From Oligoflexales bacterium (GTDB taxonomy: Bacteria; Bdellovibrionota_B; Oligoflexia; Oligoflexales; CAIYRB01): a stretch of 32,372 nucleotides of DNA. The position numbers and the translations under genes were made by a program. Shown here in pieces: positions 1-10,119 of this stretch. The stretch covers positions 1 through 32,372 of the forward strand of contig JBGSUI010000178.1 in NCBI GenBank assembly GCA_041736175.1, written 5' to 3'. Below the pieces are notes generated by a model. The model ran no database searches and was not told the DNA's origin. It was given only the letters and a program-made list of their open reading frames with translations. Within the stretch, counting starts at the first letter, position 1. Every line of letters starts with the position of its first letter.

Positions 1-115
1 ATCAATTGGGCCTCAAAAATCAGCATCAAATGAATTCCAAAATGAAGACTTTCCCGCTAAAAAAAGCCCTTATGCAGAGCGTTAATCATTCGAGGCTCCA
101 AAACTTGGTTATAGC

Positions 116-1450
116 ATGAGGGCCTTTTTGGACACCCCACAGTCTATCCGAGACAAGCTAGCTTTTTCTAGTCATAACGTCTTTAGTGACGCGCCCTTTC
201 CCTCTATTCACTTAGTATCTTGCCGCAACTTCATAAACATAATTAAACAGGAAGGTCGGGATAAGCTTATTAAACTTATCAAGTTTTCTCTTAAAAACTG
301 CGGATTTCTGTTTATAGGAGACAATGATTGTTGCGATGTTATCTTAAGCTCCTTTAGTATATTTGATAAACATAGGATTATTTTTCGATCCCAAGGCCTA
401 AGTTGCTCGATGAGTTCTTATTCTGAGCGGGCAATGTGCCTCTTACCTGACCAGTTTGAATGTTTTTATAAAGAATCTATAGATAACAAAGGAAATATTT
501 CAAAAATAATTTCGAAAAGAGAAGATTCGTCCCAGGAGTTCGATTTGGATGTGGTTATTAGTCAGCTTGAGACTGCAAACGAAATCTTAAAATCAAAAAT
601 TGAGGAGCAACAGGCAGTCTCAGAAATAACCCAATCGTCAATCGAAGAGCTTCAAGCGTTGAATCAGGAGCTGCAAGCATTGAACTCTGAGTTCCAATTC
701 AGAATTAAAGACCTGTCTGAAACAGCCAATGATTTGCAAAGCGTCTGCAAGATTGCTCAGATAGGAACGATTGTCATAGGTTTAGATTTTAAAATTGTTA
801 AGTTTAATAATTATTTTCAGAAAATAGTTCATCTAGCCAAAGAAGACATCGGTCGCTCCTTGATGGATTTTTCGGGAGTGCTACCTAAAGACTTTTTTGA
901 TAGCCTCAAGGAGGTCGTTGAAAATCAGCAGGATTTTCAGAGTGAAATAACATCTCAAGATGGCAGTCTTTATCTTATGAGCTTGTCGCCTTACAGAAAT
1001 CATCGTCTAGAAATTAAGGGAATATTTGGCGTATTTATTGACATCAGTTATCAAAAAAATAAATTAAATGAGGCCTATGCAGCTAAACTGGATTTTCAAA
1101 TATTGTCAGAGTTAAGCCAAGATCTGGTCGTTAAACTGACTCCTTATGGGTCGGTCCTAGAGAGTAACCGACGATGTGAAAACCTCTTTCAAATACCAGA
1201 GTATCCAGATTATAGGTTTTTAGACTCGATACTTCCAGAGGACAGGCGGGTTTTTGAGGAAAATCTAAACCTACCAAAATCAAATGAATTAGGGAGTAGA
1301 CGATTTCAAATTCGTCACAAGCTTCCCAAAGGCCTGCAACAATCAGACGATAAGGTTATTTCTGTCGATTGGAGCCTCCAAGGAAACGCAGCTCCAGGTG
1401 GCCATAGAAACCATATTGTCGCAGTCGGTAAGGTTTCCTATGGAGACTAA
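116..1450 (+). pseudogene. N-terminally truncated CheR-type methyltransferase (C-terminal part only) + coiled coil + PAS domains; remnant of a CheB/CheR-PAS fusion
   Basis: IRDKLAFSSHNVFSDAPFPSIHLVSCRN...LKNCGFLFIG matches the CheR C-terminal motifs. QSSIEELQALNQELQALNSE is the typical coiled coil of CheBR fusions, followed by PAS-like DIGRSL...YLMSLSPY...GIFGVFIDIS. An in-frame TAA at 83-85 precludes the N-terminal SAM-binding part. Confidence 0.7.
125..138. mobile_element. Possible terminal inverted repeat (end) of an IS element lying mostly left of the window
   Basis: TTTTTGGACACCCC (rc GGGGTGTCCAAAAA) resembles IS1182/IS5-like ends. CheR similarity of the overlapping ORF begins immediately after it. 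No transposase or partner repeat is visible in the window. Confidence 0.3.
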
Positions 1451-4202
1451 TAACCCATCACATGATGCAGGCGATCATGAGTGGACTCGTTTAGTGGCAT
1501 CGGTCCGGCAAAAAGTTGGACTTTTAGAGTCTACTGAGTCAAATACTAGGAATGTGTCTCAATCTGTCAAAGACCATCAGAATAGTGAGTCAGCGGAACT
1601 GGTTCGGGGGTTGATCGATTGTGGAATCGCCGAACTTGATTTTTACCATCTAGCTTCACTTCACAAACTGCAAGCAGCTAGCGGCAGTCAGATCAAATCC
1701 GCAGAAGCAGGAAATATTTTTGGTAGTTTTTTTACTGAGGCACCGATCGCTTATTTTGTCCTGTCGCAGCAAGGATATGTGATTGATGCCAATCTCCTTG
1801 CCGCTGAATATTGGGGGGTCGATTCCACCCAGTTAAAGGGCATTGATTTTAGTGGCATGATCGATCCAAAGGAGATCCAGGGGTTTAGATCGGCGATCGA
1901 GTGTATAAAAGTAACTGGCCATAGGATGTCCTTGGAGCTTAAGTGCAAAAGGATTGATGGAAGTGCGTTTTGGGGAAGATTTGACTTTATAAGCCCCAGA
2001 TTCTCAGCAGATGGAAAAATGATTTTATGTTCTGTCATCGATATTAGCGCCCATCATATTTTGGACGATGCGATTAGGAAGACAGCAGTAGGACTTTCAG
2101 CAGTTACGGGTGTCGGCTTTTTTACTCGCTTGCTCCATTATTTGATCTCCTTCCGTGATGTTGATGCTGCGGTCATCACGACCTTGATACCTCCCTATAA
2201 TTTTCGTTCCATTGCCATAGTGAGCCACCTGCCTTGTGAAGAAAAGCTTCAATACTCACGAAAAAAAGTGATGACTGAGTTTATCCAAGGGAAAATCTCG
2301 GGGCTTCATGAGCCATGCGGCGAACACCTAGGACCTATCTTGAAGTTTTTCAAAGCTAAGAGCGGACTCAGTCTGTTTCTATGCGATGCGGAGCGACAAA
2401 TATCTGGTGAGCTTGCGATCGTGACCCGAGGATTCTTCGAAGATTCAGTTTTAATTGCTAATATTCTAAAGATTGTCAGCGTAAGGGCCGCTGCAGAACT
2501 AGACCGTTTAAAAATCGAACAGCAGCTGAGTGAATATCGAGACCGTCTGGAAATCCTTGTTAAAGAGAGGACTATCGAGTTAGAGAGAAAAACCGACGAA
2601 TTTCGTGTGAACAACCAGCGATTGGCACAAGAGATTGAGCGGCGAGAACAGGCTGAATCGGTTCTTCAGGAAGCCATGCTTAAGGCTGAGGAAGCTACTA
2701 GAGTAAAAAGCGCCTTCTTAGCTAACATGAGTCATGAGATCAGGACACCTATGAATGGTATCATAGGGATGACTTCACTCTTTGAGACCCGGGAACTTTC
2801 CGAAAAAAATCGACGCTATTTAGAACAGATTCGTGAGTCTGGCCAAAGCCTCCTAAGAATTCTCAATGATATCCTAGATGTCAGCAAGTTAGAATCCGAA
2901 GGAGTCCATTTAGAATTTATTGAGTTTGATCTTAGAGAACTACTGTTGAATATTTTTACAGGCCACTCCCCTTTAGCGCAAAAGAAGGACCTCTACTTTG
3001 TGATCGATTTTCCCTATGATCAACCGAGTTACTTTAAGTCTGATCCTGTGAGGATTCGACAAGTATTAGAAAATTTGGTAAATAATGCTATTAAGTTTAC
3101 AGAACATGGTGGGATCTTTGTTAAGATTAGATTTGCTTCCAAAGAAAAAGTTCTTATTAGCGAAATTACAGATACCGGCATAGGTTTAAGTGAGGAGCAG
3201 CAGAAAAGTATCTTTGAACGATTTTTTCAAGCCGACTCCTCAACAACACGTCGTTTCGGTGGAACGGGCCTCGGACTGGCTATTTGTAAGAAATTGACCC
3301 ACCTCCTAGGAGGGGATATTTCCTTTACCAGCACGGCCGGAGTTGGTTCTAATTTCAAATTTATTATACCTTTGGAGAGTTGCGATAAACCTCAGAACGA
3401 TATTTGTACCTATAGACTTCACGAAAAAAGCGCGATTTACATTAACCTTACAAATACACAAATCTCCGAAGCATGGTGCCGGCTCCTGACTAGTTTGGGG
3501 TTTTTATGCCAGCCTGCAAAACAGTACGACTTATCGCCCATCGAGGCTTCCAGGCAATTTGAGAAAGTGATCCTTTTGGTAGACCGCTACCAAGAGATCA
3601 CGGAGGAGTTTTTGGGTCTTGCGACTAAAGTTGATTTGGTTTTATTGGGTCCTTTGGAAAGTCACCCGGAGCAATTATGGCGATCCGTCAGTCTTATGCC
3701 AAAAGCCACTCTTATAGAAAATTTCTTTTTGGAAAAAGGATGGCTGGTGCGAGGAAATATCCAAACTAAATTGACTGTTGATTTGCCTTCTTCTGTGACT
3801 TCGAAACAGTTGGAAGTGCTTTTAGCCGAAGACAACCTGGTCAACTGTGAGGTGGCATCTGGGATGCTTGAGTCGTTAGGGTGTCATGTGAAGATCGCCC
3901 ATGATGGTCGTGAAGCGGTGGATCTATACCAAAAAGAAGATTTTGAGGTGGTCTTTATGGACTGTCTTATGCCCAATATGGATGGATTTGAAGCTCTCAA
4001 ACTCGTGAGAAGCAGCGCCAAACCGGGAGGGTATGTGATCGCCTTAACGGCAAATGCCATGGCAGGCGACCGGGAAAAATGCCTTGCTGCTGGGTTTGAT
4101 GACTATCTCTCTAAGCCTCTTAACTTTCAGGATTTAGGGGCTATCGTCAATAAGGTCTTACAGAAAAAATCAACTTATCGTGGGGAATTGCGACAACAAT
4201 AA
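1440..4202 (+). CDS. Hybrid sensor histidine kinase (PAS, GAF-like, HisKA, HATPase_c, receiver)
   Basis: FLANMSHEIRTPMNGIIG H-box, NLVNNAIKFT N-box, DTGIG and GGTGLGL G-boxes, receiver LLAEDN...FMDCLMP...LTANA...KP. ATG 1440 overlapping the upstream ORF end is preferred over GTG 1398. Confidence 0.95.
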   Translation: METNNPSHDAGDHEWTRLVASVRQKVGLLESTESNTRNVSQSVKDHQNSESAELVRGLIDCGIAELDFYHLASLHKLQAASGSQIKSAEAGNIFGSFFTEAPIAYFVLSQQGYVIDANLLAAEYWGVDSTQLKGIDFSGMIDPKEIQGFRSAIECIKVTGHRMSLELKCKRIDGSAFWGRFDFISPRFSADGKMILCSVIDISAHHILDDAIRKTAVGLSAVTGVGFFTRLLHYLISFRDVDAAVITTLIPPYNFRSIAIVSHLPCEEKLQYSRKKVMTEFIQGKISGLHEPCGEHLGPILKFFKAKSGLSLFLCDAERQISGELAIVTRGFFEDSVLIANILKIVSVRAAAELDRLKIEQQLSEYRDRLEILVKERTIELERKTDEFRVNNQRLAQEIERREQAESVLQEAMLKAEEATRVKSAFLANMSHEIRTPMNGIIGMTSLFETRELSEKNRRYLEQIRESGQSLLRILNDILDVSKLESEGVHLEFIEFDLRELLLNIFTGHSPLAQKKDLYFVIDFPYDQPSYFKSDPVRIRQVLENLVNNAIKFTEHGGIFVKIRFASKEKVLISEITDTGIGLSEEQQKSIFERFFQADSSTTRRFGGTGLGLAICKKLTHLLGGDISFTSTAGVGSNFKFIIPLESCDKPQNDICTYRLHEKSAIYINLTNTQISEAWCRLLTSLGFLCQPAKQYDLSPIEASRQFEKVILLVDRYQEITEEFLGLATKVDLVLLGPLESHPEQLWRSVSLMPKATLIENFFLEKGWLVRGNIQTKLTVDLPSSVTSKQLEVLLAEDNLVNCEVASGMLESLGCHVKIAHDGREAVDLYQKEDFEVVFMDCLMPNMDGFEALKLVRSSAKPGGYVIALTANAMAGDREKCLAAGFDDYLSKPLNFQDLGAIVNKVLQKKSTYRGELRQQ

Positions 4203-4212
4203 GGAGTCTGAA

Positions 4213-4596
4213 ATGGGAGATCCAGTGGCACTTGAACCTCTTATAAAATGGGACATGGTTCAATCAATTAAAGATCTAGGAATCCGGATCGACAATCCTA
4301 ACTATTGTCTCAAGATTCTCGATTTATTTGAAACCCAATCGATCGATATGTTGTCAAAGATGGAGGCATCTCTCAAAGAAAACGAACCGAGTCATTTGGC
4401 ACAGATCGCCCATAGCCTCAAAGGGAGTTCACTATGTATGGGAGCAAACCGACTCGCAGCGCTGTGTCACCGGATTGAATCTGAATTTCGCACTGATAAA
4501 GTGGATTGGCATGAGATTTCATCGATGGTCGAAAAAGTGAAACAAACTTACGCTGAGTCACTTAGGGAACTAAAGAGGGGTTTGCCCTCTTTGTAA
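4213..4596 (+). CDS. Hpt (histidine phosphotransfer) domain protein
   Basis: AHSLKGSS motif followed by GANRLAALCHRIE. AAGGAG RBS at 4201-4206 before ATG 4213. Confidence 0.92.
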   Translation: MGDPVALEPLIKWDMVQSIKDLGIRIDNPNYCLKILDLFETQSIDMLSKMEASLKENEPSHLAQIAHSLKGSSLCMGANRLAALCHRIESEFRTDKVDWHEISSMVEKVKQTYAESLRELKRGLPSL

Positions 4597-4631
4597 AGAT
4601 CTTATGGTCTTTTTAATACATTTCCGTCCAG

Positions 4632-5204
4632 TTAACCCTTCGTCACAAGCAGTGCGGCTCCAAAGACCACAAAAAGCAGGGCCGATATTTTGCGGATCGT
4701 GGACATGGGGACCACCTTGGTCATTCGTTCTCCAAAGACCACCGCCAGGCCGTCAGCAACCAGCATTCCTAAAGTCGTCCCCATGGTCACTGCTACGGGG
4801 GCCTGAAATCTTGCTCCAAGGGCCACGGTGGCGAGCTGGGTTTTGTCGCCCATTTCTGCAAGGAAAAACAGAACAGTTGTGGTCAAAAAGGCATTGGTTT
4901 GGCCCTTTGGATCGTTAAGGTTAGGATCCTCATCGTCGAGTTTATCCGGAACCAAAATCCAGAGTCCAAAAGCAAAAAAGATCCCCGCAAGAACATAGCG
5001 CAGGGTGTCAGGAGAAAAATGACTTCCCACCCAGGTTCCGATCCAGGTGGCGAGTCCATGATTGGCAAGGGTGGCCACCAAGATACCCAGCATGATAGGG
5101 ACCGGTTTCTTAAAGCGTAGGGCCAGCACCAAAGCCAACAACTGGGTTTTGTCTCCCATCTCGGAGGTTGCGACAAGGGCAAATGATTGTAGGAGCGCTT
5201 CCAT
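4632..5204 (-). CDS. TMEM165/GDT1 (UPF0016) family Mn2+/Ca2+ transporter
   Basis: Two EMGDKTQL signature motifs and about six hydrophobic segments. Confidence 0.95.
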   Translation of the reverse strand: MEALLQSFALVATSEMGDKTQLLALVLALRFKKPVPIMLGILVATLANHGLATWIGTWVGSHFSPDTLRYVLAGIFFAFGLWILVPDKLDDEDPNLNDPKGQTNAFLTTTVLFFLAEMGDKTQLATVALGARFQAPVAVTMGTTLGMLVADGLAVVFGERMTKVVPMSTIRKISALLFVVFGAALLVTKG

Positions 5205-5215
5205 GGGAGTGCCTC

Positions 5216-6091
5216 TTAGGGTCCGTTTTTAATGGATGATTTTTCTTGGCGTTTCACCTGGGCCCACCATTCTTCCCTCACTTGAGGAGTCGCCTGGTCG
5301 ATGGGGATCCCCTGTTCGAGAGCTAAGGCTTCGAGTTTGGTCAGTCGCCCATTGAATTTAGCATTGGCATTGAGGGCGACCACTTCGCTGTCTAAACCTA
5401 AGTGGCGGCAGAGCTGGGCAAGGGAAAAGTATACGTCACCGATCTCTTCGGCCACAGCAGTTAAGTTTTCTGGGCTGTCCCCCTTTGCCGAGAGCATGGC
5501 CTCCCGCACTTCATCGATCTCTGATTGGACTTGATTGAGGACATCGCGGGGATGGGACCAATCAAAGTTGAGTTTTTCCGTTAACCGTCCGATCTTTTGT
5601 GCTTGAATCGTCGCCGGAAAACTCTTAGCGATCGTGGCCAGCTGGGAGGCTAACTTGGTCGAGGTGTCGCCCAGTGAGGCTTTTTCCTCAAGCTTTATGG
5701 ATTCCCAGGACTGGCGGATCGACTCTTCTGTGACGTTATGACCCGTAGGTTTAAACACATGGGGATGGCGGCGGCGCATTTTGGTGTTGATGGAGTTAAT
5801 CACATCTTCGATGGTAAAGGCTTTTGTGTCTTGGGCCACCTGGGCATTGAGGACCACTTGAAGTAAAACATCTCCCAGCTCCTCTTGGAGCGAGGCCCCT
5901 GCCGGCTCTAGGGACATTGCTTCAACGGCTTCATAGGCTTCTTCGAGCATATAGCGTCGCAAACTCAGATGGGTTTGTTTTAAATCCCACGGGCAGCCTG
6001 CTGTGGGGTGGCGAAGCTGGGCGATGGTTTGACAAAATTCTTCGAACAATAGGGCGCGTCTGTTGGACATGGGCTTATGATTTTTCCTCAT
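5216..6091 (-). CDS. mazG: Nucleoside triphosphate pyrophosphohydrolase MazG (tandem domain)
   Basis: LRHP..GCPWDLKQTH, EEAYE, EELGDVLLQV, KMRRRHPHVF, second-domain FDW and EEIGD. Confidence 0.95.
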   Translation of the reverse strand: MRKNHKPMSNRRALLFEEFCQTIAQLRHPTAGCPWDLKQTHLSLRRYMLEEAYEAVEAMSLEPAGASLQEELGDVLLQVVLNAQVAQDTKAFTIEDVINSINTKMRRRHPHVFKPTGHNVTEESIRQSWESIKLEEKASLGDTSTKLASQLATIAKSFPATIQAQKIGRLTEKLNFDWSHPRDVLNQVQSEIDEVREAMLSAKGDSPENLTAVAEEIGDVYFSLAQLCRHLGLDSEVVALNANAKFNGRLTKLEALALEQGIPIDQATPQVREEWWAQVKRQEKSSIKNGP

Positions 6092-7733
6092 TAGATTTTC
6101 GTGTCACAAGACTGGGGAGATAAACAGGATCGGCTTTAAGTCCTAACAGCTCTATCACTGTTGCCGCGACATTTCCCAAGGACTGTTGCGGCAAATTCGC
6201 AAGACGAAACCGCTCGCTACCCTGGCCAAAGATGATGAAAGGGACCGGAGCTAAGGTATGGGAGGTTTTGGGAGGCGGTTTTTTGCCCTGTGGGGTCTTC
6301 CACTCAGGGAAATCTTTTTCTTTGCCATCAAACATCTCGTCCGCGTTGCCATGGTCGGCTGTGATGATCAGCGTGGTTCCGGTCTCCAGTGCGACCTCTA
6401 CGAGACGCCCGAGCTGTCGGTCCACCTCCTCGACGGCCTCAATGGTTGCCTGGAGGTTGCCGGTATGGCCGACCATATCGCCGTTGGCAAAGTTGATCCT
6501 CCCAAAATCAAAGGTGCCTCGACGCATCCGGTCGATGGTGACATCGGCGATTTCTTGGGCCTTCATACGGGGTTTCTTATCAAAAGTGACCCTATCAGAA
6601 GCTACCTCTACGTACTCCTCTAAGGTTTGATCAAAGTATCCGGACCGGTTGCCGTTCCAAAAAAAGGTCACGTGGCCAAATTTTTGGGTTTCGCTACAGG
6701 CAAACTGACGGACCTTATAACTAATCAAATATTCGCTTAAGGTGTGGTCGATGGCTGGGGGTTCTACTAAATAACGGCTTGGAATATGCAGGTCGCCATC
6801 GTATTCCATCATTCCAGCAAAAAAGACCTTAGGGAACCGCTTGCGATCGAAATCCTTAAAATCAGTCTCTGTAAAGGCCCGCGAGATGGCGATGGCCCGG
6901 TCTCCTCGAAAGTTAAAAAGCACCACGCCATCCCCGTCTTCTATCGTGCCCCTGGGCTTTTGATCAGCGTCGGTGATTACAAATGGGGGGATATATTGGT
7001 CAGAGAGGTTGGGGTCCTGGCGATAATGGGAGATTGCAGCGTCAATCGATAAAAAACGATCAGAGGCTTCTCCTAGGACATGGGCATGCCAGCCCCTTTC
7101 TACCATGGCGATATCTGCTTGGTAACGGTCCATGGTGACTATCATACGACCCCCACCAGAGGCCACCTGAACGTCAAAATCTGGGCTTTGAAGGCTTAAG
7201 ATCACTTGGTGAAGCCTTTTAAGGTAAACCTCTGCTGATTTTTCGGCCACGTCGCGACCATCCAAGAGGAGGTGGAGGCGGACTTTTTGGAGGCCTTCTA
7301 TTTTGGCCTGTGCCAACATGGCGTAAAGGTGGTTTTCGTGGGCGTGGACGTTCCCGTCAGAGAGCAGTCCCAAAAAATGAAGCGTGCTGCCTGATGTTTT
7401 GAGGGATGTCACTAAATCGCGCCAAGTTTTTCCTCGATAGAGGCTTTTTGACTCAATGGCTTGATTGACTAGGGTGGCTCCTTGGGCAAAGATTCGTCCC
7501 GCTCCGAGGGCGTTGTGTCCCACTTCACTGTTGCCGATATCGGTGTCGCTAGGTAGACCTACAAAAGTCCCATGGGCTTTGAGTTGGGTGGAGAGAGGTT
7601 GTTTTTTGAGGCTCTCAAGATGGGGCATTGCAGCGAGTGCAATAGCGTTTCCAAACCGGTCGTCGCGGATACCTATGCCGTCCATGACGACGAGCAAGAC
7701 TCTTTGGCAAGATTGATCACGGTGCGTTAGCAT
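6075..7733 (-). CDS. gpmI: 2,3-bisphosphoglycerate-independent phosphoglycerate mutase
   Basis: VMDG, GNSEVGH catalytic Ser motif, LDGRD, FNFRGDR, SETQKFGHVTFF, NGDMVGHTG, TADHGNAD, SHT. Confidence 0.97.
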   Translation of the reverse strand: MLTHRDQSCQRVLLVVMDGIGIRDDRFGNAIALAAMPHLESLKKQPLSTQLKAHGTFVGLPSDTDIGNSEVGHNALGAGRIFAQGATLVNQAIESKSLYRGKTWRDLVTSLKTSGSTLHFLGLLSDGNVHAHENHLYAMLAQAKIEGLQKVRLHLLLDGRDVAEKSAEVYLKRLHQVILSLQSPDFDVQVASGGGRMIVTMDRYQADIAMVERGWHAHVLGEASDRFLSIDAAISHYRQDPNLSDQYIPPFVITDADQKPRGTIEDGDGVVLFNFRGDRAIAISRAFTETDFKDFDRKRFPKVFFAGMMEYDGDLHIPSRYLVEPPAIDHTLSEYLISYKVRQFACSETQKFGHVTFFWNGNRSGYFDQTLEEYVEVASDRVTFDKKPRMKAQEIADVTIDRMRRGTFDFGRINFANGDMVGHTGNLQATIEAVEEVDRQLGRLVEVALETGTTLIITADHGNADEMFDGKEKDFPEWKTPQGKKPPPKTSHTLAPVPFIIFGQGSERFRLANLPQQSLGNVAATVIELLGLKADPVYLPSLVTRKSNEEKS

Positions 7734-7907
7734 GTAGGAGTTTCCTTAGTAGGGGGAGGCGTCGTGTGTTGTTTGCTGTGGTATCTGCTACAATATCGGT
7801 TACGAGAAGCTGGGGAGAACCACTGCGAACCTAAAACCCTTATAGCGCGCGCTGAGGGTGAGACCAAGTTTAATTTTCCAGTTTATTTTTGACTCTGGAG
7901 AGACCTT

Positions 7908-8876
7908 TTGAGTGATCGGATTTTGGTTCAACTCAATGTATACATTGCCATAGTTCTTAACTTGGGCTGCCAGATGCGTGGCTCGGCGCAGGATTCAGGA
8001 ACCCTTGGCCATGCCCCTGCAGGATGGCAGCATACGGTGGTTTTAGCTCAGGACGAAAGCAGCGCTCTGTACCGACAGATGGAGGCTGTCAAAAGAGCCC
8101 ATCGCTTCTATGATAAGCAGGGCCAACCTAAACAAAATGAAGCGGTTTTAAGCTGCGTCCAAAGCTCCTCCAGCGAACTCTGTCTTTTGCAAGTCCGCCT
8201 GCTTCACAATCAACTCAGCGCTGACCAACCCATAGCCCCCGAACTCGCCTCAACCCTCAGAGAAAAGATCCGACAGATGGGTGCAGAGCTGGGAGAGCGG
8301 GTTCTCACCGACCTACGCTGCAGCGAGCTTGGTGACACCATGCTTTCTCCAGGGTCCTTGGAGTATCAGTGTACCATCCAAGCACCCAGAAACCCCGGAG
8401 AATTTTTTGTGGAAGGGACCCTGGCCGACAATCTCTTCCAATCGATCCGGTCGGACAGACCTATTGTGGAGCAGCTCCGACGAGCCAAGGGAAACCTCAC
8501 CTGTCGCAGTGCCTCCTATGCGCCCGTTGCCGTTTGTTGGGCACGGGCTTGGTCCCAAGGTGCATTGGGGGACCGGGTGACGGAGCTTCCGATCCGGGAC
8601 TCCCTGGGAGTGAGCCAGTTGCTTTTTCGTGCCTACACGGATCTGGCCTCTGGCTTGGGAGCGGGCACAGTTGGCTTGCCAGTCCGTTTGCCTGAGCAGC
8701 TTGTGGCCAATATCGAGTGCCAAGTGGATCAGAAACGTTGGAAAGCTAGTTTCCAGCTAAGGGCTTTTTGTAAAGGGCGTTTGGCAAATCAGTCCCGTTT
8801 GAGCGGTGTTTATCAAAGTGTCCCCACTCTCCAGGTGGGTCAGTCCACTCTTTCTGCTTTCTTGCTCAACCGATGA
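7908..8876 (+). CDS. Hypothetical Cys-containing exported protein, possible lipoprotein
   Basis: 322-aa ORF filling the gap before hemE. GGAGA RBS before TTG; hydrophobic N-terminus ending LNLGC (lipobox-like). Confidence 0.7.
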   Translation: MSDRILVQLNVYIAIVLNLGCQMRGSAQDSGTLGHAPAGWQHTVVLAQDESSALYRQMEAVKRAHRFYDKQGQPKQNEAVLSCVQSSSSELCLLQVRLLHNQLSADQPIAPELASTLREKIRQMGAELGERVLTDLRCSELGDTMLSPGSLEYQCTIQAPRNPGEFFVEGTLADNLFQSIRSDRPIVEQLRRAKGNLTCRSASYAPVAVCWARAWSQGALGDRVTELPIRDSLGVSQLLFRAYTDLASGLGAGTVGLPVRLPEQLVANIECQVDQKRWKASFQLRAFCKGRLANQSRLSGVYQSVPTLQVGQSTLSAFLLNR

Positions 8877-8941
8877 AATGTATCGTTGCAGATGGTTGTG
8901 TGCTGCGGATTCTGTAAATCACCTAAGCTGAGGAGTACCCC

Positions 8942-10018
8942 TTGAGCACCAAGACCCTAAACGCCGTGGGCTCGAAATCGCCAAAGCCTTTGATCCAAGC
9001 AGCCCTCGGCCTCAAACCGGACCGCTACCCCATTTGGTTTATGCGCCAAGCTGGTCGATACCTTCCCGAATACCGGGCGGTAAGAGCCAAGGTGGATTTT
9101 GTCTCTTTATGCCAATCTCCTGACCTGACGGCAGAAGTCACCCTCCAACCCCTACGCCGCTATGATTTAGATGCGGCTATTATTTTTTCAGATATTTTAA
9201 TCCCCTGCGTAGGCATGGGGCAGACTCTGACCTTTGACAAGGGCGAAGGTCCCGTCCTTAGTCACCCCATCCGCAGCGATGCAGACCTTTTGCGCCTCAA
9301 GTTGCCAGATGCTAGCAAAGACCTTGGCTATGTGGGGGACGGAATCGCTAAAACCAAGCTTTCCCTAAGGCCCGACCAGACGATGATCGGTTTTGCGGGA
9401 GCTCCTTTTACCGTGGCCAGCTATATGATCGAAGGCGGATCCAGCAAGACCTTTAGCGAGGTTAAAAAGCTAATGCTCCTCCAGCAAAAGACTTTTGCAA
9501 GCCTGCTGACCCATATTACAGAAACAACGATTGCCTATCTAAAGATGCAGGTTCAAGCAGGCGCAGATATCGTGATGTTGTTTGATACTTGGGCAGGGCA
9601 GATTACCTCAGGGGATTACCGAACGTTTGTTTTCCCCCATGTCCAAAAAATAACCCAAACCCTACGTTCCCAGGGAGTTCCGGTGATTTATTTTGCCGGT
9701 CAAGGCTCCGATCGGCTGTTTGATCTGCGGGGGCTTGAGGTCGATGTTCTTTCTGTCGACTGGAGACTCGGTTTGACGACGGCCTCTAGGATCTTAGCTG
9801 AGCAGGGGCTACGACCGACCCTTCAGGGCAATTTAGATCCCCAATATCTTATTGCTGATGAAAGCTCCTTACGGGCTAAAGTGGAAATGGTTCTCCATGA
9901 GGCCAAACTGGCCAGGATCTTGGGGATGAAAGGCCATATTTTTAATGTAGGCCATGGTCTCTTGCCCCATACGCCCCCTGAGTCCTTGTCGACGGTGATA
10001 TCCGTGTTGCGGGCCTAA
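8942..10018 (+). CDS. hemE: Uroporphyrinogen decarboxylase
   Basis: PIWFMRQAGRYLPEY, DAAIIFSDIL, IGFAGAPFT, QGNLDP, HIFNVGHG; GAGGAG RBS. Confidence 0.97.
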   Translation: MSTKTLNAVGSKSPKPLIQAALGLKPDRYPIWFMRQAGRYLPEYRAVRAKVDFVSLCQSPDLTAEVTLQPLRRYDLDAAIIFSDILIPCVGMGQTLTFDKGEGPVLSHPIRSDADLLRLKLPDASKDLGYVGDGIAKTKLSLRPDQTMIGFAGAPFTVASYMIEGGSSKTFSEVKKLMLLQQKTFASLLTHITETTIAYLKMQVQAGADIVMLFDTWAGQITSGDYRTFVFPHVQKITQTLRSQGVPVIYFAGQGSDRLFDLRGLEVDVLSVDWRLGLTTASRILAEQGLRPTLQGNLDPQYLIADESSLRAKVEMVLHEAKLARILGMKGHIFNVGHGLLPHTPPESLSTVISVLRA

Positions 10019-10019
10019 G

Positions 10020-10068
10020 ATTTCAATTGTGTATACCAGCCTCTCGACAATATCTGTGATAGATGAGA
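10020..10068 (+). repeat. 49-bp imperfect direct repeat, copy 1 (copy 2 at 11544-11592)
   Basis: 42/49 identical by manual alignment, with perfect core CAGCCTCTCGACAATATCTGT at 10037-10057 and 11561-11581. Confidence 0.9.
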
Positions 10069-10119
10069 CAGACACATTTTTACCTTGAAATAAAAGCCAA
10101 AAATTGCTATTGGAAGGCC

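Noticed and set aside
4604..4918. This and the other short overlapping ORFs in the track (e.g. 1751-2038, 6232-6630, 8313-8723, 22106-22426, 26693-27055)
   Set aside because: Antisense or alternate-frame shadows of well-supported genes, with no recognisable motifs.
5205..5215. yybP-ykoY Mn riboswitch expected upstream of TMEM165/GDT1 genes
   Set aside because: Only 11 nt separate mazG from the start codon, so there is no room.
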